DNA of 64,000 bases, taken from positions 2,784,001-2,848,000 of the forward strand of contig CAVYRF010000002.1 of NCBI GenBank assembly GCA_963770895.1, read 5' to 3'. Positions 17,886-28,700 of this stretch are shown here, one piece after another (position 1 is the first letter of the stretch; each line of letters begins with the position of its first letter). Under the pieces are notes generated by a model that worked only from the letters and a program-made list of their open reading frames with translations, was not told where the DNA came from and ran no database searches. Origin of the DNA: an uncultured Acidobacteriota bacterium. GTDB lineage: Bacteria; Acidobacteriota; Thermoanaerobaculia; Multivoradales; UBA5704. A program made the position numbers and the translations under genes.

Positions 17886-18665
17886 GTGGCCACGGCCGGC
17901 GGTGAGCACGGCCTGGCGGAGCTTGGCACGCCGCTGCCGCTTTCCGGTCTGGTTCCCCCCGAGCAGGCGCCCTGGGAGGTCGAAATCGGCTTCGGCAAGG
18001 GGCGGTACCTGCTGCGCCGCTGCCGCGAGTCGCCGGAGCGCCGCTTTCTCGGCATCGAGCAGGTGGCCGAGTACCACCGGATGTTCGTCGGGCGGGCGCG
18101 CCGCAAGGGGGTGGGCAACTGGATGGCGCTGCACGGCGAGGCGCTCTACCTGCTCTGCGCGGTGTTGCCCCGCGGCTTTGCCGCGGCGGTGCACGTGTAT
18201 TTCCCCGATCCGTGGCCCAAGGTCCGCCATCACAAGCGGCGGCTGTTCGACCCGGTGACGGTGGACCTGGTGGCCGGGCTGCTGGCGCCGGGGGGGCGGC
18301 TGTATTTCGCCACCGATTTCCTGGACTACGGCGCCCTGGTCCAGGAGCTGCTGGCCGGCTATCCGGCGCTGGCGGTGGCGCGCCGCGACGGCGGGTGGGA
18401 CGACGGCGCGCGCACCAACTACGAAGCCAAATACATTGCCGAGGGAAGGCCGATCCTGCGCCTGGAGGCGGTTCTGAACGGGACGGCGGCACTGCACCCG
18501 CAAGGACGCCGGGCGGTGCTTGCCGCCACCTGGCAGGAGGCGGCGGACGACGCGGCGCCGGCGGCGGGTGATGCCGCGACGGCGGTGGGAGACGCCGCGG
18601 CGGCGTCGCGGACCGGCACGCCGGAGGCCGCAGGAAACATCCGGGCCGCGGGTTCTATGGATTGA
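17886..18665 (+). CDS. trmB: tRNA (guanine-N7)-methyltransferase
   Basis: 'VEIGFGKG', 'FLGIE', 'YFPDPWPKVRHHKRRL', 'ATD', 'TNYEAKY'. Confidence 0.88.
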   Translation: MATAGGEHGLAELGTPLPLSGLVPPEQAPWEVEIGFGKGRYLLRRCRESPERRFLGIEQVAEYHRMFVGRARRKGVGNWMALHGEALYLLCAVLPRGFAAAVHVYFPDPWPKVRHHKRRLFDPVTVDLVAGLLAPGGRLYFATDFLDYGALVQELLAGYPALAVARRDGGWDDGARTNYEAKYIAEGRPILRLEAVLNGTAALHPQGRRAVLAATWQEAADDAAPAAGDAATAVGDAAAASRTGTPEAAGNIRAAGSMD

Positions 18666-18678
18666 GGAGGTAACAACA

Positions 18679-19017
18679 ATGGCTACTCGCCAACTCAAAA
18701 CCAAGCTCACGATTCTCACGTTGATCGCTAGCTGTGCACTGTTCGTCGCCACCGCCACTCCTTCCCACGCCGGCGTCGTCGTCGGCTTCAACGTCGGCTT
18801 CGCGCCGCCGGTGGCGCCCGTCGAAGTCGCGGTGGCCGCTCCCGGTCCCGGCTACGTCTGGGTCGCCGGCCACTACGGCTGGTACCCCGGCGTCGGCTAT
18901 CGCTGGGAGCGCGGCGCCTGGCTGCGGCCGCCCTACCCGCACGCGGCGTGGGTCGGTCCCCGCTACGTCTATGGCCCCCACGGCCGCATGTTCTACCGCG
19001 GCTACTGGCGCCGCTGA
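18679..19017 (+). CDS. Secreted YXWGXW-repeat protein
   Basis: RBS GAGGAGG; signal peptide; 'PGPGYVWVAGHY', 'WERGAW', 'WVGPRY', 'YRGYWR'. Confidence 0.85.
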   Translation: MATRQLKTKLTILTLIASCALFVATATPSHAGVVVGFNVGFAPPVAPVEVAVAAPGPGYVWVAGHYGWYPGVGYRWERGAWLRPPYPHAAWVGPRYVYGPHGRMFYRGYWRR

Positions 19018-19059
19018 CGCCCAGCCTTAACCCCCCCGCGGTACCTCGCTTCGCAACAC

Positions 19060-19106
19060 CTGCCGGCCGCTCGGCGCGCTCCGCCGACGCGGCCGGCAGC
19101 CGTTTT
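19060..19106 (+). terminator. Putative intrinsic terminator
   Basis: Nested stems CTGCCGGCCGC/GCGGCCGGCAG and TCGGCG/CGCCGA, followed by CCGTTTT, downstream of the YXWGXW gene. Confidence 0.5.
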
Positions 19107-19159
19107 GGCGCGTCTCCGGCGCGGTCGGCAATGATATTGTCCCGACCGGGAGCCTGCCC

Positions 19160-20905
19160 TTGCTCAAACGTCTTGCCGCCCTCTGGCCCTACCTGTCGCG
19201 GTACCGTTGGAAAGTGGTCTGCGGACTGCTGACCACCGCCGCGTCTGTCGCCTTTGGACTGATCAATCCCGTGGTGGTCGGCAGGGCGATCGATGCCTTG
19301 CATACGCAGATTCGCCCTACGCGGCTGCTCGCATATGCCGGGCTGATCGTGGCCGCCAGCATGGCGCAGGGAATCTTCAGCTTCGCGCAGCGGATGATCC
19401 TGGTGGGGATGAGCCGCGACATTGAGTTCGACCTGCGCAACGACTACTTTGCCGCCCTGGAGCGGCAGCCGCCGGCCTTCTTTCACGACCATCCCACCGG
19501 CGACCTGATGGCGCGCGCCACCAACGACCTGCAGGCGGTGCGCATGATCTGCGGGCCGGCGATCATGTACCTGGCCAACACGGTGCTCACCGGCACCGGC
19601 GCAATGTTCTTTATGTTGCGGATCCACTGGGGGCTTGCCCTGATGGCGCTCGCCGCCACGCCGGTGGTGGCGCTGGTGACGCAGTTCTACGGCCAGCGCA
19701 TCCACGTCTTCTTTCAGCGCGTGCAGGAACGGTATTCGGAAGTGACGGCGCGGGCGCAAGAAAGCCTTTCCGGCGTGCGGGTGGTGCGCGCCTACGCGCA
19801 GGAAGAGCACGAGCAGGAGGCTTTCGGCCGCCTGAACCGCGCCTACGTCACCGCCAACAAGCGGCTGATCGGCTGGTCGGTGAGCTTTCACCCGCTGTTG
19901 CAGGCGATCATCGGCGTGGCGATGGCGGCCGTGCTGTGGTACGGCGGGTCGCTGGTGCTCGCCCAGCGCATCAGCATCGGCCAGCTGGTGAGCTTCAACT
20001 TCTTCCTTGCCAAGCTGGTCTGGCCGATGATCGCGCTCGGCTGGGTGGTCAACCTGGCGCAGCGGGGCGCGGCCTCGCTGGGGCGGATCCAGGCGGTGCT
20101 ACGGACGGTGCCGGCGATCCGCGACGAGCCGCCGCTGGTCGAAGATGCGGACCTGCGCGGCGCGGTGACCATGCGCGGTCTCACTTTCTTCTATCCCGGC
20201 GGCAAGTCGCCGGTGCTCGGCAACGTCGAGCTGGACGTGGCGGCGGGGCAGACGCTGGCGCTGGTCGGCCGCACCGGCGCCGGCAAGAGCACGCTTTTGT
20301 CGCTGATCCCGCGGCTGCTCGATCCGCCTCCCGGCAGCCTGCTGATCGACGGCATCGACGTCCGGCGCCTGCCGCTGGCGCACTTGCGGGCGGCGATCGC
20401 GATGGTGCCGCAAGAAACCTTTCTGTTTTCCGCCACGCTGCGCGCCAACATCGCGCTCGGGGTGCCCGACGCCGCCGACGCCCAGATCCTGGAGGCGGCG
20501 CGGACGGCAGGACTGCAAAGCGACCTGGCGGGCTTCCCCAAGGGGCTCGACACCCTGGTGGGCGAACGCGGCCTCACCCTGTCCGGCGGTCAGAAGCAGC
20601 GGGTGGCGCTGGCGCGGGCGTTGCTGCGCCAGCCGCGCATCCTGCTGCTCGACGACTGCCTTTCGGCGGTCGATACCCAGACCGAAGAGCTGATCCTGCG
20701 CAACCTGCGGGCGGTCTTCGCCGGCCGCACGGTGCTGCTGGTGTCGCACCGCATCTCGACCGTCAAGGACGCCGACCAGATCCTGGTGCTCGACGGCGGC
20801 GAGGTGCTGGAACGCGGCACCCATGGGCAGCTGCTTGCCGCGGGCGGCATCTACGCCGACCTCCACCAGCGACAGCTGCTGGAGGAGGAGCTGGCGGCGG
20901 TGTGA
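19160..20905 (+). CDS. ABC exporter, fused permease and ATPase (MdlA-like)
   Basis: 6-TM domain 'GDLMARATND'; Walker A 'GRTGAGKST'; 'LSGGQKQR'; 'LLLDDCLSAVD'. Confidence 0.93.
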   Translation: MLKRLAALWPYLSRYRWKVVCGLLTTAASVAFGLINPVVVGRAIDALHTQIRPTRLLAYAGLIVAASMAQGIFSFAQRMILVGMSRDIEFDLRNDYFAALERQPPAFFHDHPTGDLMARATNDLQAVRMICGPAIMYLANTVLTGTGAMFFMLRIHWGLALMALAATPVVALVTQFYGQRIHVFFQRVQERYSEVTARAQESLSGVRVVRAYAQEEHEQEAFGRLNRAYVTANKRLIGWSVSFHPLLQAIIGVAMAAVLWYGGSLVLAQRISIGQLVSFNFFLAKLVWPMIALGWVVNLAQRGAASLGRIQAVLRTVPAIRDEPPLVEDADLRGAVTMRGLTFFYPGGKSPVLGNVELDVAAGQTLALVGRTGAGKSTLLSLIPRLLDPPPGSLLIDGIDVRRLPLAHLRAAIAMVPQETFLFSATLRANIALGVPDAADAQILEAARTAGLQSDLAGFPKGLDTLVGERGLTLSGGQKQRVALARALLRQPRILLLDDCLSAVDTQTEELILRNLRAVFAGRTVLLVSHRISTVKDADQILVLDGGEVLERGTHGQLLAAGGIYADLHQRQLLEEELAAV

Positions 20906-20969
20906 AAACCTTTCTGGCGATTCCGCAATGACCCATTCGCCGTCGCACGCAAACGCGCAAGGAGATCTC

Positions 20970-23144
20970 ATGCGACGTAAGCTGCTGCCCACGACCCTCC
21001 TGTGCCTCTTCTCGCTGGCGCTCGGCCTGCTCGCCCTGTCGCAAGCCGCGCGCCCGGTCGAGGGCGCCGCGGCGCAGGCCGCGGCGGCGCAGGCCGCGGC
21101 GGCTCCGGCCGCGGCTCATCCCGCGGCCGCGACCTCGATCGCGCCGGCAACGCCCGCGCCTGCGCCGGCCGCGCCCGCCGCCGTCCCCGCCGGCGCACGG
21201 CCCGCGGCCGCCCCCGGCGAGCTGCGCTACGTCGTCCTCCTGGCCGGCAATCGCGCCGGCAGCGCCACCGCCCGCTCGGCCGGCGACGTGTGGAACTTCA
21301 CCTTCGAATTCAACGATCGCGGGCGCGGCCCCAAGGTGAACGTGCAGGCGGTGCTCGACCGCCACGGCGTGCCGCTGCGGCTCGACGTCAACGGCTTCGA
21401 TTACTACAAGAAGCCGGTCAGCGAGCACTACGAGGAGACGGACGGCAAGGCCAGCTGGAAGAACTCCGCCGAGACGGGCCAGCGCGAGGCCTTCGGGCGC
21501 GCCTTCTACATGGACATGGAGGGGTCGCCGCTGGAGATCTGGCTGCTGGCGCGGGCGATGCTGGCGTCCGGCGACCGCATGGCGCTGTTGCCGGATGGCA
21601 ACGCCCGCATCGAAGAGGTGAAGTCGCAGCTGGCGCAGGGGCCGGGTTTTGCCCGCACCGTCCACCTGTACGAGATCACCGGCCTCGGTCTCGAACCGAG
21701 CTACATCTGGTTGGACGACCACCAGGGACTGTTCGCGATGCACGACGGCTGGTCGGACGTCATCCTGGAGGGATGGGAAGCCGCCAAGGATGCCCTGATC
21801 CAGGCCCAGGAGCAATTTGCGGCGGGGCGTGACAAGCAGCTGGCCGCCCGGCTGGCGCGCCGGCCCGACGAGCACCTGGTGATCCGCAATGCGCGCCTGT
21901 TCGATCCGGAAACGCTCACCAGCCGGCCGGGCATGAGCGTGCTGGTGGCCGCGGACCGCATCGAAAAGGTGGGGCCGGACCGTGACGTCGACGCCCCGGC
22001 GGGCGCCGAGGTGATCCGTGCCGGCGGCAAGGCGCTGCTGCCGGGGCTGTGGGACATGCACGTCCATCTGTCGCCGGTCGACGGCCGGCTGCACCTGGCC
22101 GCCGGAGTCACCAGCGTGCGGGACATGGCCAACGATATCGACAATCTGCAGGACATGCGACGCCGCTTCGACAGCGGCGACGCGTTGGGCCCGCGGGTGC
22201 TCATGGCCGGCTTCGTGGACGGCCCCGGCCCCTACGCCGGGCCCTCCAAGGTGCTGGTTTCGACCGAGGCCGAAGCGCTCAAGGCGGTCGATCGCTATCA
22301 CGACCTGGGTTACATCCAGATGAAGATGTACAGCTCGCTCGATCCCAAGCTGGTGCCGGTGATCGCGCAGCGCGCCCACCAGCTCGGCATGCGGGTGTCG
22401 GGGCACATCCCCAACGGCCTCATCGCCGAGCAGGCGGTGGAGCAGGGCTACAACGAGATCCAGCACGTCAACTTCCTGTTCCTCAACTTCCAGACCGGCG
22501 TCGACACGCGCACGCCGCAGCGTTTCATCGCCGTCGCCGAGCATGCGGCGGACCTCGACCTGAGCTCGCCCGAGGTCCGCAACTTCCTCTCCCTGCTCAA
22601 GCAGCGGCACGTCGCGATCGATCCGACGGTCAACGTCTTCGAGAGCCTGTTCACCGACCGGCCCGGCACGGTCGGCCCACGCCTGACCGAGATCCTCGAC
22701 CGCATGCCGCTCTCGCTGCGCAGGACGCTGGTGCGGGGCGAGGGTCTGCCGGTGCCCGAAGGCAAGGACGCCCAATACCGCAAGTCCTTCAAGGCCTGCC
22801 TGGCGATGGTCAAGGCCCTCTACGACAACGGCATCCAGATCGAAGCCGGCACCGACAGCCTGCCGGGTTTCAATCTCCACCGCGAGCTGGAGCTGTACGT
22901 CGAAGCCGGCATCCCGGCGCCCGAAGTCCTGCGCATCGCCACCCTGGGCGCCGCGCGCATCACCTCGCGCGACAAGGACCTGGGCTCGATCGCCCCCGGC
23001 AAGCTGGCCGACTTCATCCTGGTGGACGGCGATCCCGCGGCCAACATCGCCGACATCCGCCGCGTCACCCTCACCGTCAAAGGCGGCATCGTCTACGACC
23101 CCGCCAACATCTACCGCTCCCTGGGGGTCAAGCCGGCGGTATAA
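20970..23144 (+). CDS. Secreted amidohydrolase-family protein
   Basis: RBS AAGGAG; signal peptide; 'LPGLWDMHVH', 'GVTSVRD', 'AGTD', 'GSIAPGKLADF'. Confidence 0.88.
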   Translation: MRRKLLPTTLLCLFSLALGLLALSQAARPVEGAAAQAAAAQAAAAPAAAHPAAATSIAPATPAPAPAAPAAVPAGARPAAAPGELRYVVLLAGNRAGSATARSAGDVWNFTFEFNDRGRGPKVNVQAVLDRHGVPLRLDVNGFDYYKKPVSEHYEETDGKASWKNSAETGQREAFGRAFYMDMEGSPLEIWLLARAMLASGDRMALLPDGNARIEEVKSQLAQGPGFARTVHLYEITGLGLEPSYIWLDDHQGLFAMHDGWSDVILEGWEAAKDALIQAQEQFAAGRDKQLAARLARRPDEHLVIRNARLFDPETLTSRPGMSVLVAADRIEKVGPDRDVDAPAGAEVIRAGGKALLPGLWDMHVHLSPVDGRLHLAAGVTSVRDMANDIDNLQDMRRRFDSGDALGPRVLMAGFVDGPGPYAGPSKVLVSTEAEALKAVDRYHDLGYIQMKMYSSLDPKLVPVIAQRAHQLGMRVSGHIPNGLIAEQAVEQGYNEIQHVNFLFLNFQTGVDTRTPQRFIAVAEHAADLDLSSPEVRNFLSLLKQRHVAIDPTVNVFESLFTDRPGTVGPRLTEILDRMPLSLRRTLVRGEGLPVPEGKDAQYRKSFKACLAMVKALYDNGIQIEAGTDSLPGFNLHRELELYVEAGIPAPEVLRIATLGAARITSRDKDLGSIAPGKLADFILVDGDPAANIADIRRVTLTVKGGIVYDPANIYRSLGVKPAV

Positions 23145-23181
23145 AGGCGGGCGCGCGCCGGTCCTTTGCCGGCCGCCGCGG

Positions 23182-24579
23182 TCAGGGCTCGGAGGTTGCG
23201 GCCAGCGGTGGGACGGCCGCCGCGGGTGGGGTGTTCAGCTCGCCCTCCCAGCGGGCGATGACGGCGGTGGCCAGGCAGTTGCCCAGGACGTTCAGGGCGG
23301 TGCGGCCCATGTCGAGCAGGGCGTCGACGCCGAGGAGCAGGAAGATGGGCGCCGCGGGCAGGTGGAACGCCGCGGCGGTGGCGAGCAGCACCACCAGGCC
23401 GGCGCGCGGCACGCCGGCGACCCCCTTGCTGGTCAGCATCAGGGTGAACAGCATCAGCAGCTGCTCGCCCCAGGCCAGGTGCATGCCGGCAGCCTGGGCG
23501 ACAAAGATCGCGGCCAGCGACACGTAGATCGCGGAACCCGCCAGGTTGAAGCTGTAGCCGGTCGGCATGACGAAGGCCACGATGGGGAGCGGCACGCCGA
23601 TCGACTCCATGGCCTCCATGGCGCTCGGCAGAGCGGCCTCGGAGCTGGTGGTGGCAAAGCCGATCGACACCGGTTCGGCGACCGCGCGCAAGAAAGGCCG
23701 CAGCGGGATGCGCGCCAGCAGCGCCACCGGCAGCAGGCCGACCAGGATGAAGGCGACGATCGCCGCGTACAGGGTGGCGAGCAGCGCCGACAGGTTCACC
23801 AACACGCCCAGGCCGCTGTGGCTGACCGTATAGGCGATCGCGGCGCCCACCCCCACCGGCGCGAACAGCATCACGATGTTGGTCAGCTTGAACATCACGT
23901 CGCTCAGACTTTGGGTGAACTGCAACATCGGCCGCCGGCGATCCTCGGGCAGCAGCGCCAGGGCGATGCCGAACAGCACGCTGAACACCACGATTTGCAA
24001 CACCTGGCCGTCGGCCACCGCCTTGGCAATGTTTTCGGGGAAGGCGTGCAGCACCATGTCCGACGGGGACAGGCGCGGCGCGTTCAGCTCCTCGCCGGGT
24101 CCCGGCGGCGGCACGTGCACCCCCACTCCGGCGCGGCTCACATTGATCGCCACCAAGCCGATCACCAACGCCACCGTGGTGACGACCTCGAAATAGATCA
24201 GCGCCTTGACACCCATCCGCCCGACCTGGCGCAAATCCGCGTGCCCGGCGATGCCGACCACCAGCGTCGCAAACAGCAGCGGCCCGATCACCGTCTTGAT
24301 CAGCCGCAAAAAGATCTGGCCGAGCATCTGCAAATTGCCGGCGAACCCCGGCGCGTCGTGGCCCAGCTCGGCGCCCACCACCATGCTGATCACCATCCAC
24401 ACGGTGAGCGAGCGCCGCATCCCTCCATACACGCAAAGCATCCCGATCGCCGCCCACCGCACCGCCACCAGCACCGCTCCCGGCACCGCCACCACCCCGC
24501 TTACCGCCGCCACCGTCAGCGCCGCCGCCACCCCCAGCGCCGCCAGCGCCCCCACCAACACCCGCGACTTAGCGCTCAT
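23182..24579 (-). CDS. Dicarboxylate/amino acid:cation symporter (GltP/DctA family)
   Basis: 'FLRLIK', 'LQIVVFS', 'FATTSSEAALP', 'PTGYSFNL', 'LTSKGVAGVP', 'DMGRTALNVLGN'. Confidence 0.93.
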   Translation of the reverse strand: MSAKSRVLVGALAALGVAAALTVAAVSGVVAVPGAVLVAVRWAAIGMLCVYGGMRRSLTVWMVISMVVGAELGHDAPGFAGNLQMLGQIFLRLIKTVIGPLLFATLVVGIAGHADLRQVGRMGVKALIYFEVVTTVALVIGLVAINVSRAGVGVHVPPPGPGEELNAPRLSPSDMVLHAFPENIAKAVADGQVLQIVVFSVLFGIALALLPEDRRRPMLQFTQSLSDVMFKLTNIVMLFAPVGVGAAIAYTVSHSGLGVLVNLSALLATLYAAIVAFILVGLLPVALLARIPLRPFLRAVAEPVSIGFATTSSEAALPSAMEAMESIGVPLPIVAFVMPTGYSFNLAGSAIYVSLAAIFVAQAAGMHLAWGEQLLMLFTLMLTSKGVAGVPRAGLVVLLATAAAFHLPAAPIFLLLGVDALLDMGRTALNVLGNCLATAVIARWEGELNTPPAAAVPPLAATSEP

Positions 24580-24780
24580 TGCCCCTCCCGTACCCACCCG
24601 CCAAGGTCGAGTCGTCGCCCATCCGCCCCGCCGCGTCGTGTGGACGCGGCGTCAGCACTGGCCGGTTGGCCGACTTGGTTTGGAACCTTGCCTGCATCGG
24701 CGCGCATGGCTCCCGGCGCCGATGGGCGGCGCCAGCCACGACGGATTCTGCTGGTGAGCCCAGCCGGCCGTCCTGCGGTG

Positions 24781-25665
24781 TCATTTGGCGGCTTGCGTGT
24801 GCTGCCAGAAGAGGATGGCGGTCACCACCAGGCCGATCACGACCACCGCGGCGCGCGCCTTTTCCTGGCCGATGCGGCGGGCCAGGCGCGCGCCCCCGTA
24901 GCCGCCGGCGATCGAACCGGCCATCATCAGCAGCGCCACCGGCCACACCACGGCGCCGCGCAGGATGAAGTAGGCCGCGGCGACGCCGTTGATGCAGAAG
25001 CCGAAGAAGTTCTTGAGGCCGTTCATCGCAAAGATGTTGCTCAAGCCGAGGAACCCCAGCACCGCCAGCATCAGGATCCCGATCGCCGCGCCAAAGTACC
25101 CTCCATACACCGAGATCAGGAACTGAAAAAAGATCGCCGCCGCCCACCGCCGCGAAGACAGCTGGACAGAAGTCCCCGCCGCGGCCTGCCGCCTGGCCAC
25201 CGGCGTCCCGGCAGCTTGCCCGTCGCCACCCGCCAGTCCGATGGGACGCGTGCCGCCTGAGCCGTCGCCGGTCAGCGGGGCGCGCTGGGTGCGGCGGCGC
25301 GCGAGAAAGCCTTGCAACATGAAGAGCAGGGTGGCGAACAGCACGAGCAGCGGTGCCAGCGCGGCAAAGGTCGATTCGGGCGTCCGCAGCAGCAGCAGGG
25401 ATCCCAGGCCGCCACCCAGCAAGCTGGGCAGCAGGAGGGTTTTCAGCCACTCCTTGTGGGTGAGCACCTCGTCGCGATACCCGGCCATGCTCGCCGCCGC
25501 GCCTGGCAGCAGGGCGACGGTCGAGGTCGCATTGGCAATGATCGACGGCTCGCCCAAAAACACCAGGATCGGGAACGTCACGATCGTGCCGCCCCCCGCC
25601 ATGGCATTCATCAGGCCGCCGCCGGCGGCCGCCCCCATCATCATCGCAATCTGGCCCGCGGTCAT
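24781..25665 (-). CDS. TauE/SafE (TSUP) family transporter
   Basis: 'NAMAGGG', 'ANATST', 'YGGYFGAAIG', 'NGLKN'. Confidence 0.9.
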   Translation of the reverse strand: MTAGQIAMMMGAAAGGGLMNAMAGGGTIVTFPILVFLGEPSIIANATSTVALLPGAAASMAGYRDEVLTHKEWLKTLLLPSLLGGGLGSLLLLRTPESTFAALAPLLVLFATLLFMLQGFLARRRTQRAPLTGDGSGGTRPIGLAGGDGQAAGTPVARRQAAAGTSVQLSSRRWAAAIFFQFLISVYGGYFGAAIGILMLAVLGFLGLSNIFAMNGLKNFFGFCINGVAAAYFILRGAVVWPVALLMMAGSIAGGYGGARLARRIGQEKARAAVVVIGLVVTAILFWQHTQAAK

Positions 25666-25703
25666 CGGCGCATGCTACAGCAACCCTGGACGGGGTGGAC
25701 GGT

Positions 25704-28700
25704 TCAGTGGAAGTCGTGGCTGGGGGTGGCGAGCATCTCCTCCAGGGCCCAGAACCTTTCGCCGCGGACGGAAATGCTGCCGTCGCGTTTTTGCAACACG
25801 CCTTCGACGACCAGGCCCGGCGAGCCGACGATCAGGCGGCGGTGCTGCTGCAGGAGGTTGGGGGATATGACTGCCTGGGACATCCCGGTCTCATCTTCGA
25901 GGGTGAGAAAGAGAAGTCCCTTGGCGGTACTGGGGCGCTGGCGGACGATGACGGCTCCCGCGGTGCGCACCAGGTCGCCGTTGCGGTAGCGGATCAGGTC
26001 GGCGGCGGTGACGATGCCCTTTCTGCGCAGCTGCTCCCGGCGATAGGAGAGGGGATGGGGGCCAAGGGTCAGCTGCGTGCCGCCGTAGTCGGCCTGCGTC
26101 TGCTCGGGCATGGTCATTTCGGGCAGGGGAGACGGTTCGGGCTCGGACAGCCCGGCAAGCAGCGGGCCGGCCGGTCGGCCCAGCCGCGCCACCTGCCACA
26201 GCGCCGCCCGGCGGCTGAGCCCAAACCCGGAGAGGGCGCCGACACTGGCCAGGGTTTCGATCTCGCCAGCCTGCAGGCCGCAGCGCTCGACAAAATCGGC
26301 AAGATCGGCAAACGGCCGTCGTTGCTGCTCGCTTTCGATCGTCAAGCCGGATTGCGAGCGCAGCCCGCGCACAAACCGCAGCCCCAATCGGATCGCCCCC
26401 GCCGCCGGCTCAACCCCGGCGGTACCGGCACCAGGGGAGGGGGATTCCCCATGCGATCGCCATCCCCCTGCCGGTTGGACGGCAGTTTGACCGGGCGAGA
26501 GGTCGAGCGATTTCTGGTGCGATCGCCAGCCTGCCGCCGGCTTGGCCCCAGCGGGACGGGGCGCGGGGGAGGGGGATTGCCAGCGGGAGCGCCAGGTGGA
26601 GGTTTGGACGTCGATGGGGAGGATCTGGACGCCGTGGCGCTGGGCGTCGCGCACCAGGGTTGCGGGGTGGTAGAAGCCCATCGGCCAGGCGTTGAGGATG
26701 CCTAGATAGAAGGCGGTGGGGTGGTAGGCCTTGAGATAGGCGCTGGCGTAGGCGATCAGGGCGAAGCTGGCGGCGTGGGATTCGGGAAAGCCGTAGAGGG
26801 CGAAGGAGGTGATCCCCTGGACGATCCCGTCCTGTGCCTGGCCGGTGATGCCCCGCGCGGTCATGCCGGAGCGCAGCCGCGCTTCGATCGCCTGCATGCG
26901 TTCGACGGAGCGCTTGAACCCCATCGCCCGCCGCAGCTCTTCGGCTTCGCCCCCGGTGAAGCCGGCTGCCACCATGGCGATGCGCAGCAGCTGCTCCTGA
27001 AAGATCGGCACCCCCATGGTCCGCTCCAGGATCGGCTGCAAGCTGGGATGGGGGTAGGTCACCGCCTGGCGGCCGGCGCGGCGCTCGAAGTAGGGATTGG
27101 TCATGTTGCCGGCGATCGGCCCGGGGCGGATGATCGCCACCTGGATCACCAGGTCGTAGAAGTGGTGGGGGTTGTTGCGGGGGAGGCTGGCCATCTGCGC
27201 CCGGCTCTCCACCTGGAAGACCCCGACGGTATCGGCTTCGCGCAGCATCTTGTAGACCTTGGGATCGTCCGCGGGCAGGTGGGCGAGGTCCACCTGCACC
27301 CCTTCGTAGGTGCGGATCGTGGGGACCATCTCTTCGATGGCACTGAGCATCCCGAGCCCCAGAAGGTCCACCTTGATGATGCCGAGGTTGGCGCAGTCGT
27401 CCTTGTCCCACTGCACCACGACGCGTCCGGGCATGGCCGCCGGTTCCAGGGGGACGATCTCATCGAGGCGTCCGGCGGCGATCACCATGCCGCCAGAGTG
27501 CTGGCCGAGGTGGCGGGGCAGGTCGTGGATGCGGTGCCACATGTCGGCAAAGCGCAGCATGCGCGGCTCTTCAGGGTCGAAGCCGGCGGTGGCGACGTCG
27601 GCGGCGAAGGACCTGCTGTCGCCGCGGTCGAGGTCGTAGCTCCAGCTGCCGAGCTGGCGGGCGAGCGCATCGATCTGCTCGGCGGAGTAGCCGAACGCCT
27701 TGGCGACTTCCCGCGTGGCCGAACGGTCGCGATAGGTGATGACGTTGGCCGTCATCGCCGCGCTGTCGGTTCCACCGCTGCCGTAGCGGCGGTACACGTA
27801 CTGGATGACCCGTTCCCGCTGGTCGCCCGAAGGCAGGTCGAGGTCGATGTCCGGCCATTCGCCGCGCTCTTCGGAGAGGAAGCGTTCGAACAGCAGATCC
27901 ATCTTCACCGGGTCCACGGCGGTGATGGACAGCGCATAGCAGACCGCGCTGTTGGCCGCGGAGCCGCGCCCTTGCGCCAGGATGCGGTTTTCGAGACAGA
28001 AGCGAACGATGTCCCAGACGATCAGGAAGTATCCCGCGAGATCGAGCTTTTCGATCAGGCTCAGCTCTTTCTGGATCTGCGCCTGGGCCTTGCCGGTCAA
28101 GGGACGGAAGCGGGCGCGGGCGCCGTTCCAGGTGAGGTGACGCAAGTACGAGGCCGCGGTTTCGCCAGGCGGCAGCGGATAGGCGGGGAAGCGGTATCCC
28201 AGGTCGGCGAGGGTGAAGTCCAGCCGCGCCGCCAGCTCGCCGCTGGCGGCGATCGCCTGCGGCAGGTCGGAGAACAGCCGCGCCATCTCTGCCGCCCCCT
28301 TCAGGTGGCTTTCTCGATGGCACTCCAACAGCCGGCCGGCGCGGTCCAGGCTGGTGTGGGCCCGGATGGACGCCAGCACGTCCTGGAGCGCCTTGTCCGC
28401 CGCCCGCGCATAGCGCACTCCATTGGTCGCCATGACCGGCAGCCGCAGCTGCCGCGCCAGGTCCAGAAGCGCCCGGTTGCGGTGCTCTTCGTCGCGCAGC
28501 CGGTGGCGCTGCAGCTCCACGTGCAGCCGCTCGGGGAAGATCGCCGCCATCCGTTCCAGCAGCTTGCGGGCGCCATCCACACCCTTTGTCGCCGATATCG
28601 CCGATGGCGCCCATGGCGCCGCGGCGGTTTGCATCGCCTGCGTGGTGCACAGACTCTGCGCCAGCGGGCCTTCGGCGCCGCCGGTCAAGCAGTGCAGCCC

